This document shows, piece after piece, positions 1 to 9,650 of a DNA stretch of 64,000 nucleotides (positions are counted from its first letter, which is position 1; each line of letters opens with the position of its first letter). The DNA is from an uncultured Chlamydiales bacterium (GTDB lineage: Bacteria; Chlamydiota; Chlamydiia; Chlamydiales; Rhabdochlamydiaceae): positions 288,001-352,000 of the forward strand of contig OY969554.1 of NCBI GenBank assembly GCA_963700985.1, read 5' to 3'. A program made the translations under genes and the position numbers. Under the pieces are notes generated by a model. It made no database searches, was not told the DNA's origin, and saw only the letters and a list, made by a program, of their open reading frames with translations.

Positions 1-2
1 CA

Positions 3-692
3 GACTACGAAAGAGCAGAAGCGCACGCCAAGCAGCATTGGGGCAAGATCACTATCGATGAGTTCCATGCGAGTCTCTACTCTACGTATGCTCCTTCTTG
101 TCTGCCCGAGCTTGCCGTAAATGGAATCGTAGGCGGTGCTTACGAGCTCTATTTTATCAAACGTAATACTGGCACTTCTGCTGATAAACGCGTCGCCAAA
201 GGCACGCCTCATGGCGCGGCCTTTGATGCGCTCTTCGGCGTTGAATACGCGCTGGGCAATCGCTTCCAGGTTATTCCACTTGCCAACGTTCAATATGTCT
301 ATCTGCACACTCAAAAATATGAAGAGCATAACGCAGGCGCCTTCGATATGGAAGTGCACAGCCAAAGAATCAAATCTCTGCGCTCATCGTTAGGCTTGCG
401 TATGAACTACAATTTAGAGAGAACGAATATCAGCTTTGTGCCCGAGATTTATGGCGAGTGGCAAAGAGAATATCTCAACAAGCGCCGCCACATCCGTTTT
501 GAATCAGTAGAGCTTGATGTGCCAAGCGAAACACTGGTGATGCCAGGTTCTGGCCGCAACATTGCGCTGGCCGGCGTAGACCTCCTGCTAACACTTTACA
601 AGCGCTTCGGCATCGAAGGTAGCTACGAGTTTGAGTATAACAGCCTTTATAGAGATCACTTTTTCTACCTAGGCACGAATTTTAGATTCTAA
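3..692 (+). CDS. Autotransporter/outer-membrane beta-barrel C-terminal domain (5' partial)
   Basis: The frame of ORF 348..692 is open back to the window edge (DYERAEAH...IPLANVQYVYLHTQKYEEHNAG...SLRSSLGLRMNY...). Amphipathic strands, ending YLGTNFRF with a terminal Phe. Confidence 0.8.
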   Translation, partial: DYERAEAHAKQHWGKITIDEFHASLYSTYAPSCLPELAVNGIVGGAYELYFIKRNTGTSADKRVAKGTPHGAAFDALFGVEYALGNRFQVIPLANVQYVYLHTQKYEEHNAGAFDMEVHSQRIKSLRSSLGLRMNYNLERTNISFVPEIYGEWQREYLNKRRHIRFESVELDVPSETLVMPGSGRNIALAGVDLLLTLYKRFGIEGSYEFEYNSLYRDHFFYLGTNFRF

Positions 693-838
693 CGTAGTGG
701 GGAAAGGACCAAAAGAAATCAAAGGACCTTAAGGACAACAGGGACAAAAGATTAAAGTGCAGCTAGTTTCCTGGGCCGTCCTTTGGGTCGTTCTCTTTGT
801 CGATTGGGCCCAAATGAAAATTAAAAGGGGAGGATGTG

Positions 839-1303
839 ATGGAACCAAATTTAGGCATGAGTCAAAAAGGCAGAAAAGCTGTGGCGGATGGGCTCGCACA
901 ACTTCTGGCAAATACATATACCACTTATTTGAAGACGCAAAATTTCCATTGGAATGTGATCGGTTCAGATTTTTATGCACTGCACCTTTTGTTTGAAAAA
1001 CAATATGAAGAACTCAGCGAAGAAGTCGACGAAATTGCTGAGCGGATCCGCGCGCTGGGTTTTTCTGTCGATGCGACTTTTTCCGGATTTAGCAAGCTCA
1101 CAGAAGTTAAAGAGGAAAAGAGCGTGCGCACTCCTAAAGATATGCTCAAATATTTGGTTAAAGCGAACGAAACCGTTATTCGACAGCTGCGTGAAATAAC
1201 CCCTGCGGCCGAAAGAGATAACGATCAGGGCACGCTCGATATGCTTGGCCGTCTTTTAGGTGCTCGTGAGAAAGCTGCCTGGATGCTTCGTAGTCATTTA
1301 TAG
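839..1303 (+). CDS. dps: Dps family DNA-protection/ferritin-like protein
   Basis: KTQNFHWNVIG...LHLLFEKQYEE...DEIAERI ferroxidase signature, C-terminal WMLRSHL; GGAGG RBS before ATG 839. Confidence 0.95.
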   Translation: MEPNLGMSQKGRKAVADGLAQLLANTYTTYLKTQNFHWNVIGSDFYALHLLFEKQYEELSEEVDEIAERIRALGFSVDATFSGFSKLTEVKEEKSVRTPKDMLKYLVKANETVIRQLREITPAAERDNDQGTLDMLGRLLGAREKAAWMLRSHL

Positions 1304-1358
1304 TAAAATTTTTACTTCAGATGTGCAGAAAGCGCCATTATGTTATATTTCCTACCCT

Positions 1359-1769
1359 ATGGCGCTTTCTAACCAAAAATTTCGTGAAATTGTATTTCAG
1401 CTGCTCTTCGGTTTGGATTTTTCGAGTCCAATAGAAGAGGATACAACTGAGATGCTGATGCAGCAGCTAGCCGTGCCTAAAAGTGCACTGCGCCAAGCCG
1501 AAGCGCGCGCACGAAAAATGGTCGAACTTTTTCCAGAGATCGATCGCAAAATTGCTTCTCATGCGCAAGATTACGAATTCGATCGCATCCCACGCGTCGA
1601 GCGTTCCATCCTTCGTTTAGGGATTTTCGAACTCTTTCATGATGCAGAAATTCCTCCTAAAGTAGCCATTGCTGAAGCGATTCGCCTGGCGCGAAAATTC
1701 GCTACAGCAGAGGCCGCTTCTTTCATCAACGCCGTCTTAGACAGCGCCAAAGGAAAGGATGAAGGATGA
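1359..1769 (+). CDS. nusB: Transcription antitermination factor NusB
   Basis: RE..FQLLF, ERSILRLGIFEL, PKVAIAEAIRLARKF, FINAVLD; start taken as ATG 1359. Confidence 0.93.
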   Translation: MALSNQKFREIVFQLLFGLDFSSPIEEDTTEMLMQQLAVPKSALRQAEARARKMVELFPEIDRKIASHAQDYEFDRIPRVERSILRLGIFELFHDAEIPPKVAIAEAIRLARKFATAEAASFINAVLDSAKGKDEG

Positions 1770-1842
1770 ATTAGGAAAAGGAAGAAAATAACTCTTTCAT
1801 AATTTCCTGCTTTCCTATTTCAGCCTTCCGACTTCATCCTTT
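1755..1842. repeat. Short-period palindromic intergenic repeat (AGGATGA / TTCATCCTT type)
   Basis: aaggatgaaggatgaa...cttccgacttcatccttt; a similar element is at 7872-7962. Confidence 0.6.
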
Positions 1843-1901
1843 GTTTTTTCCTCTTTATTTTGTATAGTTGCGATTCCTTAGGAAAAGGAGTGGGTTGACT
1901 T

Positions 1902-2609
1902 ATGTTGCGGGCAATTTATAAACATGTTCGACTGTTCCTAGAAGGCAATTTTACCTACCTTCTAATCTCTCTGATCTTGCTCTTTGCTTTTCGACCATCA
2001 GCTCAAAGCGGAGTGGAATACTTGGGAATATGGGAATTGCTGCTGGGCCTAGTCTTTTTTGGGTCTGTTTTCAACATCAACCATCCCTTTAAAATCAAAG
2101 TCATTGCCCTCTGTTTAAATATTCCGGCACTTCTTTTAGATTGGACTAGCTTTTTTCATGCGTCGCACCCTCTGATTTTAGTCAGTATTATGCTCACGAT
2201 TTTGTTCTTGTTTTTGAGCATCTCTTCGATGATCTATAACGAGGTTTTAAATGTTCCTGCAACGATAGCGAGTTTGCGTCCCATTATTTGCGCATATTTT
2301 ATGTTGGGTTTTGCTTTTGGTTATGTCTATTTGCTAGCCGAGTACTTCGTCCCAGGATCAATCTTGCTTGCGACCCCGGAAAGCACTACATCTTTCTTTC
2401 ATCTTCGCTATCTTTCGGATGTGTTGTATTTTAGCTTTGGAAATTTAGCGACTGTTGGTGCGGGAAGCATATCAGCCATCAACACAGTGACTCAAACGAT
2501 TGCAGTTATGGAAGCCGTATTAGGGCAGTTCTATATAGCCGTATTGGTAGCAAGAGTGGTAGCTATTTATTCCCGAAGAGGATTAGGAAAGTTAAAAAAA
2601 GAATTATAA
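1902..2609 (+). CDS. Ion channel family (Ion_trans_2-like) membrane protein with atypical filter
   Basis: Multiple TM helices; YFSFGNLATVGAGSI pore region followed by MEAVLGQFYIAVLVARVV, typical of the family. Confidence 0.8.
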   Translation: MLRAIYKHVRLFLEGNFTYLLISLILLFAFRPSAQSGVEYLGIWELLLGLVFFGSVFNINHPFKIKVIALCLNIPALLLDWTSFFHASHPLILVSIMLTILFLFLSISSMIYNEVLNVPATIASLRPIICAYFMLGFAFGYVYLLAEYFVPGSILLATPESTTSFFHLRYLSDVLYFSFGNLATVGAGSISAINTVTQTIAVMEAVLGQFYIAVLVARVVAIYSRRGLGKLKKEL

Positions 2610-3487
2610 TGAGTATATCTTCGCGCTTTGTAAGCGGCAAACTCCTAAGCGAGCTTTCTACTTTTGGCATCGGTGGGCCAGCCCGTTTTTTCTTTGAGGC
2701 ACGCACCATTCAAGATATGCAAGATGTGCTTGCATATTGTGCTTCGTCTGCACTTCCCTATCTTATCATCGGCAAAGGCTCGAATTCACTTTTTGATGAT
2801 CGTGGCTTCAATGGCTTGGTGATTTTGAATAAGATCACTTTTTGCGAAGAGCAAAGTTCTGGCTGTTTTCATGTTGGGGCGGGCTATAGCTTTTCGCTAC
2901 TTGGCGTGCAGACAGCGCGCAATAAGTGGGCCGGTCTTGAGTTCGCTTCGGGCATTCCAGGTTCAGTGGGTGGCGCGGTTTACATGAACGCTGGAGCAAA
3001 TGGACACGAAACAGTTGGTCCTCTTATGCAAGTCTCTTACGTCACTGAAAAAGGCGAGCTTGAGCTCCTGCCCAAAGCCAATTTGGAGTTCAGCTATCGC
3101 TTTTCAGCTTTTCAACGCAAAAAAGGCGCGATCGTAGCTGCTACCTTTCAACTGACCCCCTCCGATGAGGCTCGAAAAAAGCAGCTCGGTATTGTCGAAT
3201 ATCGCACGCGCACCCAGCCTTATGGTGATCCATCTGCTGGTTGTGTGTTCCGCAATCCCACTGGAAATTTTGCAGGCGCTGTCATCGAACAGTGCGGACT
3301 TAAGGGCAAAGAGATTGGAGGGGCGCGAGTCTCTCCATTACACGCCAACTTCATTGTCAATGCGGGAAATGCAACTGCACACGATGTGTTAACTCTCGCC
3401 AATCTTGTAAAAGAGACAATTAAAGAGAAGTTGGGGCTCGATTTAGAAATGGAGATCCGTTACGTCGAATATGAGCCACAAAAATGA
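2609..3487 (+). CDS. murB: UDP-N-acetylmuramate dehydrogenase
   Basis: TFGIGGPA, GKGSNSL, GLEFASGIPGSVGGAVYMNAGA, SAGCVFRNP, HANFIVN. Confidence 0.97.
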   Translation: MSISSRFVSGKLLSELSTFGIGGPARFFFEARTIQDMQDVLAYCASSALPYLIIGKGSNSLFDDRGFNGLVILNKITFCEEQSSGCFHVGAGYSFSLLGVQTARNKWAGLEFASGIPGSVGGAVYMNAGANGHETVGPLMQVSYVTEKGELELLPKANLEFSYRFSAFQRKKGAIVAATFQLTPSDEARKKQLGIVEYRTRTQPYGDPSAGCVFRNPTGNFAGAVIEQCGLKGKEIGGARVSPLHANFIVNAGNATAHDVLTLANLVKETIKEKLGLDLEMEIRYVEYEPQK

Positions 3488-4305
3488 CATTTAGAGCAGA
3501 TCTACATTGTCATTCAACTTGTTCCGATGGAACACACACACCCGTTCAGCTCATTCAGCTCGCTAAGAAGGTGGGCCTCTCGGGGCTGTCAATCACCGAT
3601 CACGACACCATGGACGCCTACGAGACAGCCGTTCCAGAGGCAAAAAAACTGGGAATTCTGCTCGGTTCTGGCATAGAATTTTCCTGTGTATTTAAGCATT
3701 TAAGCGTGCATCTTTTAGCCTACGATTTTTCATTAGATTCCACAGAGCTGCGCGCCTTTTGTGGAAGGCATCAAGAGAGAAGAACGCAGCGCAATCAGAA
3801 GATCTTAGATAAGCTGACGGCGCGCAAAATGCCTATTAGCTCCGATGAACTTATTGAGGCAAATCCTCAGGCAAAAACTATCGGTCGTCCACACATTGCT
3901 AAACTCATGATCAAAAAGGGCTATGTGAAAACGATCAAAGAAGCCTTTAATATCTACATCGGCGATGACAAAAGCTGTTTCGATGAGGGTGAGTCGTTTT
4001 CAGTGGCAGAGACGATTGAATTAATTCACGGAGCCGGAGGCAAAGCTTTCCTTGCACATCCGCATCTTTTGCATAACGCTAAAACCACGCGTGAATTATT
4101 AGAGCTGCCTTTCGACGGCATCGAATGCCATTATGCAAAATTTACCCCAGATATAGAAAAAAAGTGGGTAAAGGCAGCCCAATCCAAGGGCGTGCTCATG
4201 AGCGGCGGCTCAGATTTTCATGGAGAAGATAAACATTATCTTCCACTCGGGTCATCTTGGGTTGATGAAGAGAGCTTTCGTAAGATTTTCCAACATTTAT
4301 TATAG
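3484..4305 (+). CDS. PHP-domain phosphoesterase (YciV/TrpH-like)
   Basis: DLHCHSTCSDG, ITDHD, GRPHIA, LAHP, GGSDFHG. Confidence 0.92.
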   Translation: MTFRADLHCHSTCSDGTHTPVQLIQLAKKVGLSGLSITDHDTMDAYETAVPEAKKLGILLGSGIEFSCVFKHLSVHLLAYDFSLDSTELRAFCGRHQERRTQRNQKILDKLTARKMPISSDELIEANPQAKTIGRPHIAKLMIKKGYVKTIKEAFNIYIGDDKSCFDEGESFSVAETIELIHGAGGKAFLAHPHLLHNAKTTRELLELPFDGIECHYAKFTPDIEKKWVKAAQSKGVLMSGGSDFHGEDKHYLPLGSSWVDEESFRKIFQHLL

Positions 4306-4314
4306 AGGTCTTCC

Positions 4315-4695
4315 ATGCGCATCTTTTTTAGTCTTCTTTTGCTTTTCTCATCTCTAGCTTCACTACAAGCTGCAAGTAAATCTCAAGTTTCAGAGTATGA
4401 GCAGGAGCTATACCTCAACTCAGGCGGAATATACTCCGTGGAAGACATCCTTGCCAATGAGGGCCTCACGCCTTCTCAGAAGTTCAGAGGGTTTATGGCA
4501 GCCCATAACGCGCATCCTAAAGATGGCGAAAAAATCTGCCCTGTGACACTCACCAAAGCTAATCCTCAATGCACTTGGGTGATCGCTGGCAAAACCTACC
4601 ATTTCTGCTGTCCACCTTGCATCGATGAATTTGTGACTTTAGCTAAAAATTCACCCCACCTAATCAAAGACCCCGAAGAATACGTAAAGCGTTAA
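4315..4695 (+). CDS. Secreted YHS/TRASH-like metal-binding protein
   Basis: Signal peptide; CPVT...YHFCCPPCIDEF...PEEY. Confidence 0.75.
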   Translation: MRIFFSLLLLFSSLASLQAASKSQVSEYEQELYLNSGGIYSVEDILANEGLTPSQKFRGFMAAHNAHPKDGEKICPVTLTKANPQCTWVIAGKTYHFCCPPCIDEFVTLAKNSPHLIKDPEEYVKR

Positions 4696-4881
4696 TAGAC
4701 TTCTTTCGAAACTCGCTTTACATGAAAAAATTGATGATTTTTTCTCTGGTTTTTAAAGCCGATTTATCGGCTTGTATCGTGCCGACGAGGCGACCCCAAG
4801 TGGGTCGGTGAGAAGGCTCGATAAAAAACCAGAAAAAAAAGGACGATTTTAGCATGTAAATGGAGTTTCGAAAGAAGTCTA
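4696..4881. mobile_element. RPE-like palindromic element/MITE (186 bp)
   Basis: Perfect 19-bp terminal inverted repeat TAGACTTCTTTCGAAACTC / GAGTTTCGAAAGAAGTCTA with further imperfect pairing inside. Confidence 0.8.
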
Positions 4882-4956
4882 ATTAGATTTTAAGGGTGTC
4901 TGGATAACAATGCGCTCGTTATAGTTTTTGGAAATTTACCAAAAAAGAGCGCATTT

Positions 4957-6246
4957 ATGCCGTTTGAAGTAAACAAAAGCAGAAATGACCAGCCCTTCTC
5001 AACTCAAATCTATCAGCGCCTCTTTCGCATGACAGCTTCTCACGAGGTGAAGCTCAATCTTGAAATCCCACATCTTCTGGATAAGTTTTTAAACTTTCCG
5101 CATAGAGCTTATCCTTGCATTCATGTCGCTGGCACAAATGGTAAAGGCTCGGTGGTAACGAAGATCGCTAAGGCGCTCGAGCTATCAGGCCTTAAGGTGG
5201 GACGTTACACATCTCCACATCTGGTTGATTTCCGAGAGCGCATGGCGGTACAAGGGGAGTGGATTTCAGAAGCAGCTGTAGTTGAAGGCATGCAGCGTTT
5301 ATTTGACTTTATCGATGAGCATAAAATTCCAGCCACTTTTTTTGAGCTCACCACGCTTTTAGCTTTCGATTATTTCCGTGCAAACCAAGTCGATGTAGCG
5401 GTAATTGAAACAGGTTTAGGGGGCAGATTGGATGCCACCAATATCATCCATCCTATTCTCACGGTGATCACTTCTATTAGCCGCGATCATGCTGATCTTT
5501 TGGGTGAGACGCTGGATGAGATTGCAGAAGAGAAGGCCGGTATTTTAAAACCTTTTGTGCCTGTGGTATTAGGTGCCCGTGCAACTTACGAACCAATTTT
5601 GAAAAAAGCGCATGAGCTTAACTGTCCCTGTGTGGTGGCGCCAAGTGAGCTTGGTTTCTATGATCTTGAAAACCGTGCAACTGCACGTGCAGCGCTTGAT
5701 CTGCTGGCAGAGCATTTTTCTGTGCCAAATCACGCGATAGAAGAGGGCTTAAGTTTTCGCCCAGCCAGCCGTTTTGAAAAGCTAGGAGATGTAATCTTCG
5801 ACGTCGCGCACAATCCAGATGGTTTCACACGTCTCTTTGAAGCATTAGATCAACAATATCCTGAGCGCTCCATCTTTGTTGTTTTAGGGATGTCAAAAGA
5901 CAAAGAGTATGAGAAGTGCTTAAGTTTAGTTGCTAAACGCGCGCAAAAAATTTTTCTGATAAGAGCAGAGAGTGGACGTGCAGCAGAGACCGATGAGTTA
6001 GCATCAACGCTAATTGCTGAAGGATATACGAAATTCGTTGAGGGAAAAAAAATCTCCTCCACAGTCAAATTGGCTATGGAGGAGGCGAAAGATGCTCAGG
6101 CACTTCTTCTGATATGTGGAAGCTTCTTCATCATGGAAGAGGCTAGACAAGCCATAACTGGCCGCCCTTATCCACCAACCGATCTATTCGGCCAAGAAGT
6201 ATTGGACGAGCCCAATGAAGCTTCTATGCCTTCGAGATCGCCGTAA
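4957..6246 (+). CDS. folC: Folylpolyglutamate/dihydrofolate synthase
   Basis: IHVAGTNGKGS, YTSPHL, ETGLGGRLDATN, EKAGI, DVAHNPDG, CGSFF. Confidence 0.95.
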   Translation: MPFEVNKSRNDQPFSTQIYQRLFRMTASHEVKLNLEIPHLLDKFLNFPHRAYPCIHVAGTNGKGSVVTKIAKALELSGLKVGRYTSPHLVDFRERMAVQGEWISEAAVVEGMQRLFDFIDEHKIPATFFELTTLLAFDYFRANQVDVAVIETGLGGRLDATNIIHPILTVITSISRDHADLLGETLDEIAEEKAGILKPFVPVVLGARATYEPILKKAHELNCPCVVAPSELGFYDLENRATARAALDLLAEHFSVPNHAIEEGLSFRPASRFEKLGDVIFDVAHNPDGFTRLFEALDQQYPERSIFVVLGMSKDKEYEKCLSLVAKRAQKIFLIRAESGRAAETDELASTLIAEGYTKFVEGKKISSTVKLAMEEAKDAQALLLICGSFFIMEEARQAITGRPYPPTDLFGQEVLDEPNEASMPSRSP

Positions 6247-7082
6247 TAAGCTGCGATCTCTTCTAGAGGGTTATCCAGTTTCTTGCCCTGAGTCAATTCC
6301 ATGGCTAATGCAAGCAGTGCAGTAGAGTAGAGCTTATCCGAAGATAGGCCTAAACTCGCTTCAAACTGCTGCTTTAACGCTTCCAGACGTCTTTGCAAGG
6401 CGGGTGGAAGACGTTCTTTTTTCTTAGCCGCAGATGTGTGGCCTGATTCGAACAGTTCAGCAGTTTCAAAGATTTCCATTAATAATTCGGCTCCCACGGG
6501 ATCCATCTCTGAGGCATAGATCTGAGGACGAACTTCGGCCCTTTGAGCTGCAAAAACTGGTCGGTCGGCAGGCGCATCTTTGGAGACTTCAATAAATTTT
6601 TCCACCATCTCGACGAAACGTTCAACCGACGTGATGACAGTTAAATTCTTTTGAGAAAGTGCATTATCATGACGCAAAGTTGAGATATGCTGTTTTAAGC
6701 TATCCACCTTTTTTGCCACGCTGAGCATATTCTCGTTCAAAAGAGAATTTTGAAGATTTTCGGCTTCACTGGTAATTTCTACCACTTCGCGGTCAACCGC
6801 GAGCGTGATAAGATCACCAAATAGCGAAGGGCATTTTCCTTCAAGTTTATCTAGGCGTTCGAGAAATTGCGTACCGCAATTGCTCATTGAACGCGCAGTC
6901 TCTTTCATTTGCTTGATTGGCCTAAATGCCTTATCAAGATCCATAAACAACTGATAGTAATCGGCAGAAGAATGCGGAGCTTGAAGCTGAGCTTCAATAT
7001 CACCCACTAAATTTTCAACATGCTCGATCTCTCGATCCAACTGCGCTAAGCAGTTGAATACTTGAACATCTATAATGGACAT
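6168..7082 (-). CDS. Hypothetical coiled-coil protein
   Basis: 304-aa helical ORF with AT-rich upstream region; 3' end overlaps folC. Confidence 0.7.
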   Translation of the reverse strand: MSIIDVQVFNCLAQLDREIEHVENLVGDIEAQLQAPHSSADYYQLFMDLDKAFRPIKQMKETARSMSNCGTQFLERLDKLEGKCPSLFGDLITLAVDREVVEITSEAENLQNSLLNENMLSVAKKVDSLKQHISTLRHDNALSQKNLTVITSVERFVEMVEKFIEVSKDAPADRPVFAAQRAEVRPQIYASEMDPVGAELLMEIFETAELFESGHTSAAKKKERLPPALQRRLEALKQQFEASLGLSSDKLYSTALLALAMELTQGKKLDNPLEEIAAYYGDLEGIEASLGSSNTSWPNRSVGG

Positions 7083-7255
7083 AGTTTACTCTCATATATT
7101 AATTATTATGCTTATTTTATATATGCATTGCTGCATACATTAATTTTACTCCTTATAGAGTATAATTAACAATTCATCAGAAATTATTGAAAAATAAGAA
7201 AAATTTTCATATGTATTTTTCATACATAATTTATTCTTTAATTTTTTGACAACAA

Positions 7256-7840
7256 CTATCTGCTTTGAACGAGAATTAGAGAGGGGGAAAGGGGGCGATT
7301 AAGCCAGCGGTGATGACAGACGCCCCACTTTGTGGAGGGCAGGGGAGTAAGCAGTTGAAGAAGAGCTTCTTCCTCGCGTTGCCCTTCAGGATGACCTGGG
7401 TAACAGGCCAGACTTATCACCCCTTGAGGGGGTAAAATATCTAAAGATTTTTTTACGCTTTCTAGGGTGCTATCTACTTTTGAAGTAATTTCTTTATTTC
7501 CGCCAGGGAGGTAGCCTAGATTGTAAACAATAAGTTTAATTTTTTTCTCTAGAGCGAGAGGGGGGAAATTCGCATGAGATTGCAAAAAGAGGTGGATTTT
7601 AGCCATTTGGCTAGGGGAGAGATGTTCTTCTAAAAGAGCGCGTGTTCGGGCTAGAGCCTCTTCTTGGATATCCAATCCAATTAACGCACCTTCTTCTCCG
7701 ATCAGCTGCGCTAACAGTAACGTGTCTTTGCCGTTGCCGCAGGTGGCATCGACTACGCAATCGCCCAGCTGCAAGAGCTGCTTCCAATAAATATGTGCTA
7801 ATTCAACAGCTGAAGAAAAAAGTGCAAAATCTCTGTGCAT
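7256..7840 (-). CDS. Class I SAM-dependent RNA methyltransferase (YtqB/MnmM-like)
   Basis: VVDATCGNGKDT, LDIQEEAL, YNLGYLPGGNKEITS, YPGHPEG. Confidence 0.88.
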   Translation of the reverse strand: MHRDFALFSSAVELAHIYWKQLLQLGDCVVDATCGNGKDTLLLAQLIGEEGALIGLDIQEEALARTRALLEEHLSPSQMAKIHLFLQSHANFPPLALEKKIKLIVYNLGYLPGGNKEITSKVDSTLESVKKSLDILPPQGVISLACYPGHPEGQREEEALLQLLTPLPSTKWGVCHHRWLNRPLSPSLILVQSR

Positions 7841-7871
7841 GCCAAACACTATAAAGGAAGTATGAATTATC

Positions 7872-7962
7872 AAGGATGAAGGATGAAAAGAAGAAAGAAA
7901 GATTTGCCTGCCTCTTTTCTTTTTCTTCTTTTCATCCTTCCGAATTCATACTTCATCCTTTC
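7872..7962. repeat. Short-period palindromic intergenic repeat (AGGATGA type)
   Basis: aaggatgaaggatgaaaag...cttttcatccttccgaattcatacttcatccttt. Confidence 0.65.
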
Positions 7963-8012
7963 TTTCAAATTCTGTCTGTTGTACACTTATTCAAGTAATT
8001 TATTTTTTTAAT

Positions 8013-8086
8013 GGGGTATTAGCTCAGTTGGTTAGAGCGCCACGTTGACATCGTGGAGGTCAGCTGTTCGAGTCAGCTATATCCCA
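8013..8086 (+). tRNA. tRNA-Val(GAC)
   Basis: GGGGTAT/ATATCCC acceptor stem, AGCTCAGTTGGTTAGAGC D arm, CCACG-TTGACAT-CGTGG anticodon arm, GTTCGAGTC T loop; CCA not encoded. Confidence 0.96.
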
Positions 8087-8099
8087 ACCCCGCCATATC

Positions 8100-9650
8100 A
8101 TGGAGACATTAAACTGTTCAGTAGAAGAGCTTCGGCAGATAGCATCTAAAGTGCTGGCTGCAGCTGTTCTTGAATTATTTCCTGAAACACTCATCGTCTC
8201 CTCTCATCTTACCTCTCAAGGTTTTTGTTGTGATTTTGTTTTCCCATTTCAATTTACCACTGAGCTGCTTAGCTTAGTTGAAGATCGCATGGGGCAGATT
8301 TTACGCGACAAACGCGAGGCTAGGGTTTTTGAAATGGTGCCCGTTTCGGCGGCTGCCTTTTTTGAACACCATGGCCAGCCTCTTCTTGCTGAAAAGGTGA
8401 GGAATCAGGGCGAGCCCCTTCTCACACTTTGCCAAATTGGCGAGTATGTCGACTTCTGCCCCAATGAACTCTCATTTGAACATAGCAATGAGATCAGAGC
8501 TTTAAAGCTTCTGACAGTCTCTCAGAAGCAGCGATATATGGGATATTCGGTCACACAAATCGGCGGTACAGCTTTTTTTGAAAAAGATGAACTCAAAGAG
8601 TTTTTAAAACGCCGTGAAGAATTTCCTCAAAAAGATCATCTACTTTTAGGCGCAGAACTCGAACTTTTCTCTTTAATCGAGGAGCGCTGCGTTTGGCATA
8701 AGCGAGGCGAAAAGCTCAGGCAGCTACTCGTCGAACGTTGGAAAGAGGAGCTGCTTCAGCAAAATTTTGAATCTATTTTGACCCGTGAGCTTGGCACAGA
8801 TCTCACCGCTAACCACAGCAAATATTTTCTTCTCAGACAAAAAAGTCATGCCCGATTTGTGGAATTTTCCAATGAGATGCCACCCCGTCGTGAAGAGTGG
8901 CAGCGGGGCTTGCTGACTCCAGAGCATCCAACTTGTGATCTAGCGCACGTCTTTTGCACTTCGGACGACCTTTTCAATATATGTATTTCTTCCTTGCAAA
9001 TCATCTGGAAGATGCTTAAAATTCTCGATTTTAAGTTTCGAGTTGTCATCTGCTTATCTCGTGGTACGCATAAACGCGAGCGAGATGCTAATCGTCTTCT
9101 TGAAGAAGCTCTACGTGTGCAAGGCATGCCTTATACTGTAGAAGAGCGCTCTCGAAGATACTCGGGTCCCACTGTAGAAGTGCGGATCCAAGATGGCATG
9201 GGGCAAGAATGGGCAGGTCCGTTTGTCGGCGTCGATTGCCGCCAACTCGTTCAAGAAGAGATTGTTGTTTTCTCGCTGTTTAATTCACTAGAGCGCTGTA
9301 TAGCTCTCTTGCTTGAACAAGGCGATGGAGAACTTCCCTTGTGGCTTGCACCTGAACAGGTGAGAGTCGTCGGGGTAAAAGAGAATGAATACGCCACGGA
9401 GATCAGCCAGCTTCTTCACGAGGCAGGCATAAGATCGACGCTTGACATAAGAGGCGATAAGTTAGCAAAAAGGCTGCATGAAGCCTTGAGTAGAAAGATT
9501 CCATGGCTCGTGGTTGTAGGAGAACGCGAGAGAAAAGATCAGCTCATTACCGTGCGATCTTTTTCCTCATCCGAACCAGAAGAGATGAATGTGGAAAGTT
9601 TTATTCAGAGAATATTGACAACAGAGGTAAGCAGCGTTGAGAATCAATAG
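8100..9650 (+). CDS. Degenerate threonyl-tRNA-synthetase-like protein (catalytic motifs eroded)
   Basis: ThrRS architecture ([56 protein letters not shown] anticodon-binding domain) in thrS position, but lacking KPMNCP and HRA motifs. Confidence 0.85.
   Translation: METLNCSVEELRQIASKVLAAAVLELFPETLIVSSHLTSQGFCCDFVFPFQFTTELLSLVEDRMGQILRDKREARVFEMVPVSAAAFFEHHGQPLLAEKVRNQGEPLLTLCQIGEYVDFCPNELSFEHSNEIRALKLLTVSQKQRYMGYSVTQIGGTAFFEKDELKEFLKRREEFPQKDHLLLGAELELFSLIEERCVWHKRGEKLRQLLVERWKEELLQQNFESILTRELGTDLTANHSKYFLLRQKSHARFVEFSNEMPPRREEWQRGLLTPEHPTCDLAHVFCTSDDLFNICISSLQIIWKMLKILDFKFRVVICLSRGTHKRERDANRLLEEALRVQGMPYTVEERSRRYSGPTVEVRIQDGMGQEWAGPFVGVDCRQLVQEEIVVFSLFNSLERCIALLLEQGDGELPLWLAPEQVRVVGVKENEYATEISQLLHEAGIRSTLDIRGDKLAKRLHEALSRKIPWLVVVGERERKDQLITVRSFSSSEPEEMNVESFIQRILTTEVSSVENQ

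Noticed and set aside
1260-1358. N-terminal extension of NusB
   Set aside because: Overlaps dps; NusB similarity begins at ATG 1359.
8100-9650. Calling this gene functional thrS, or a frameshifted pseudogene
   Set aside because: Key zinc and catalytic motifs are missing, yet the frame is uninterrupted.
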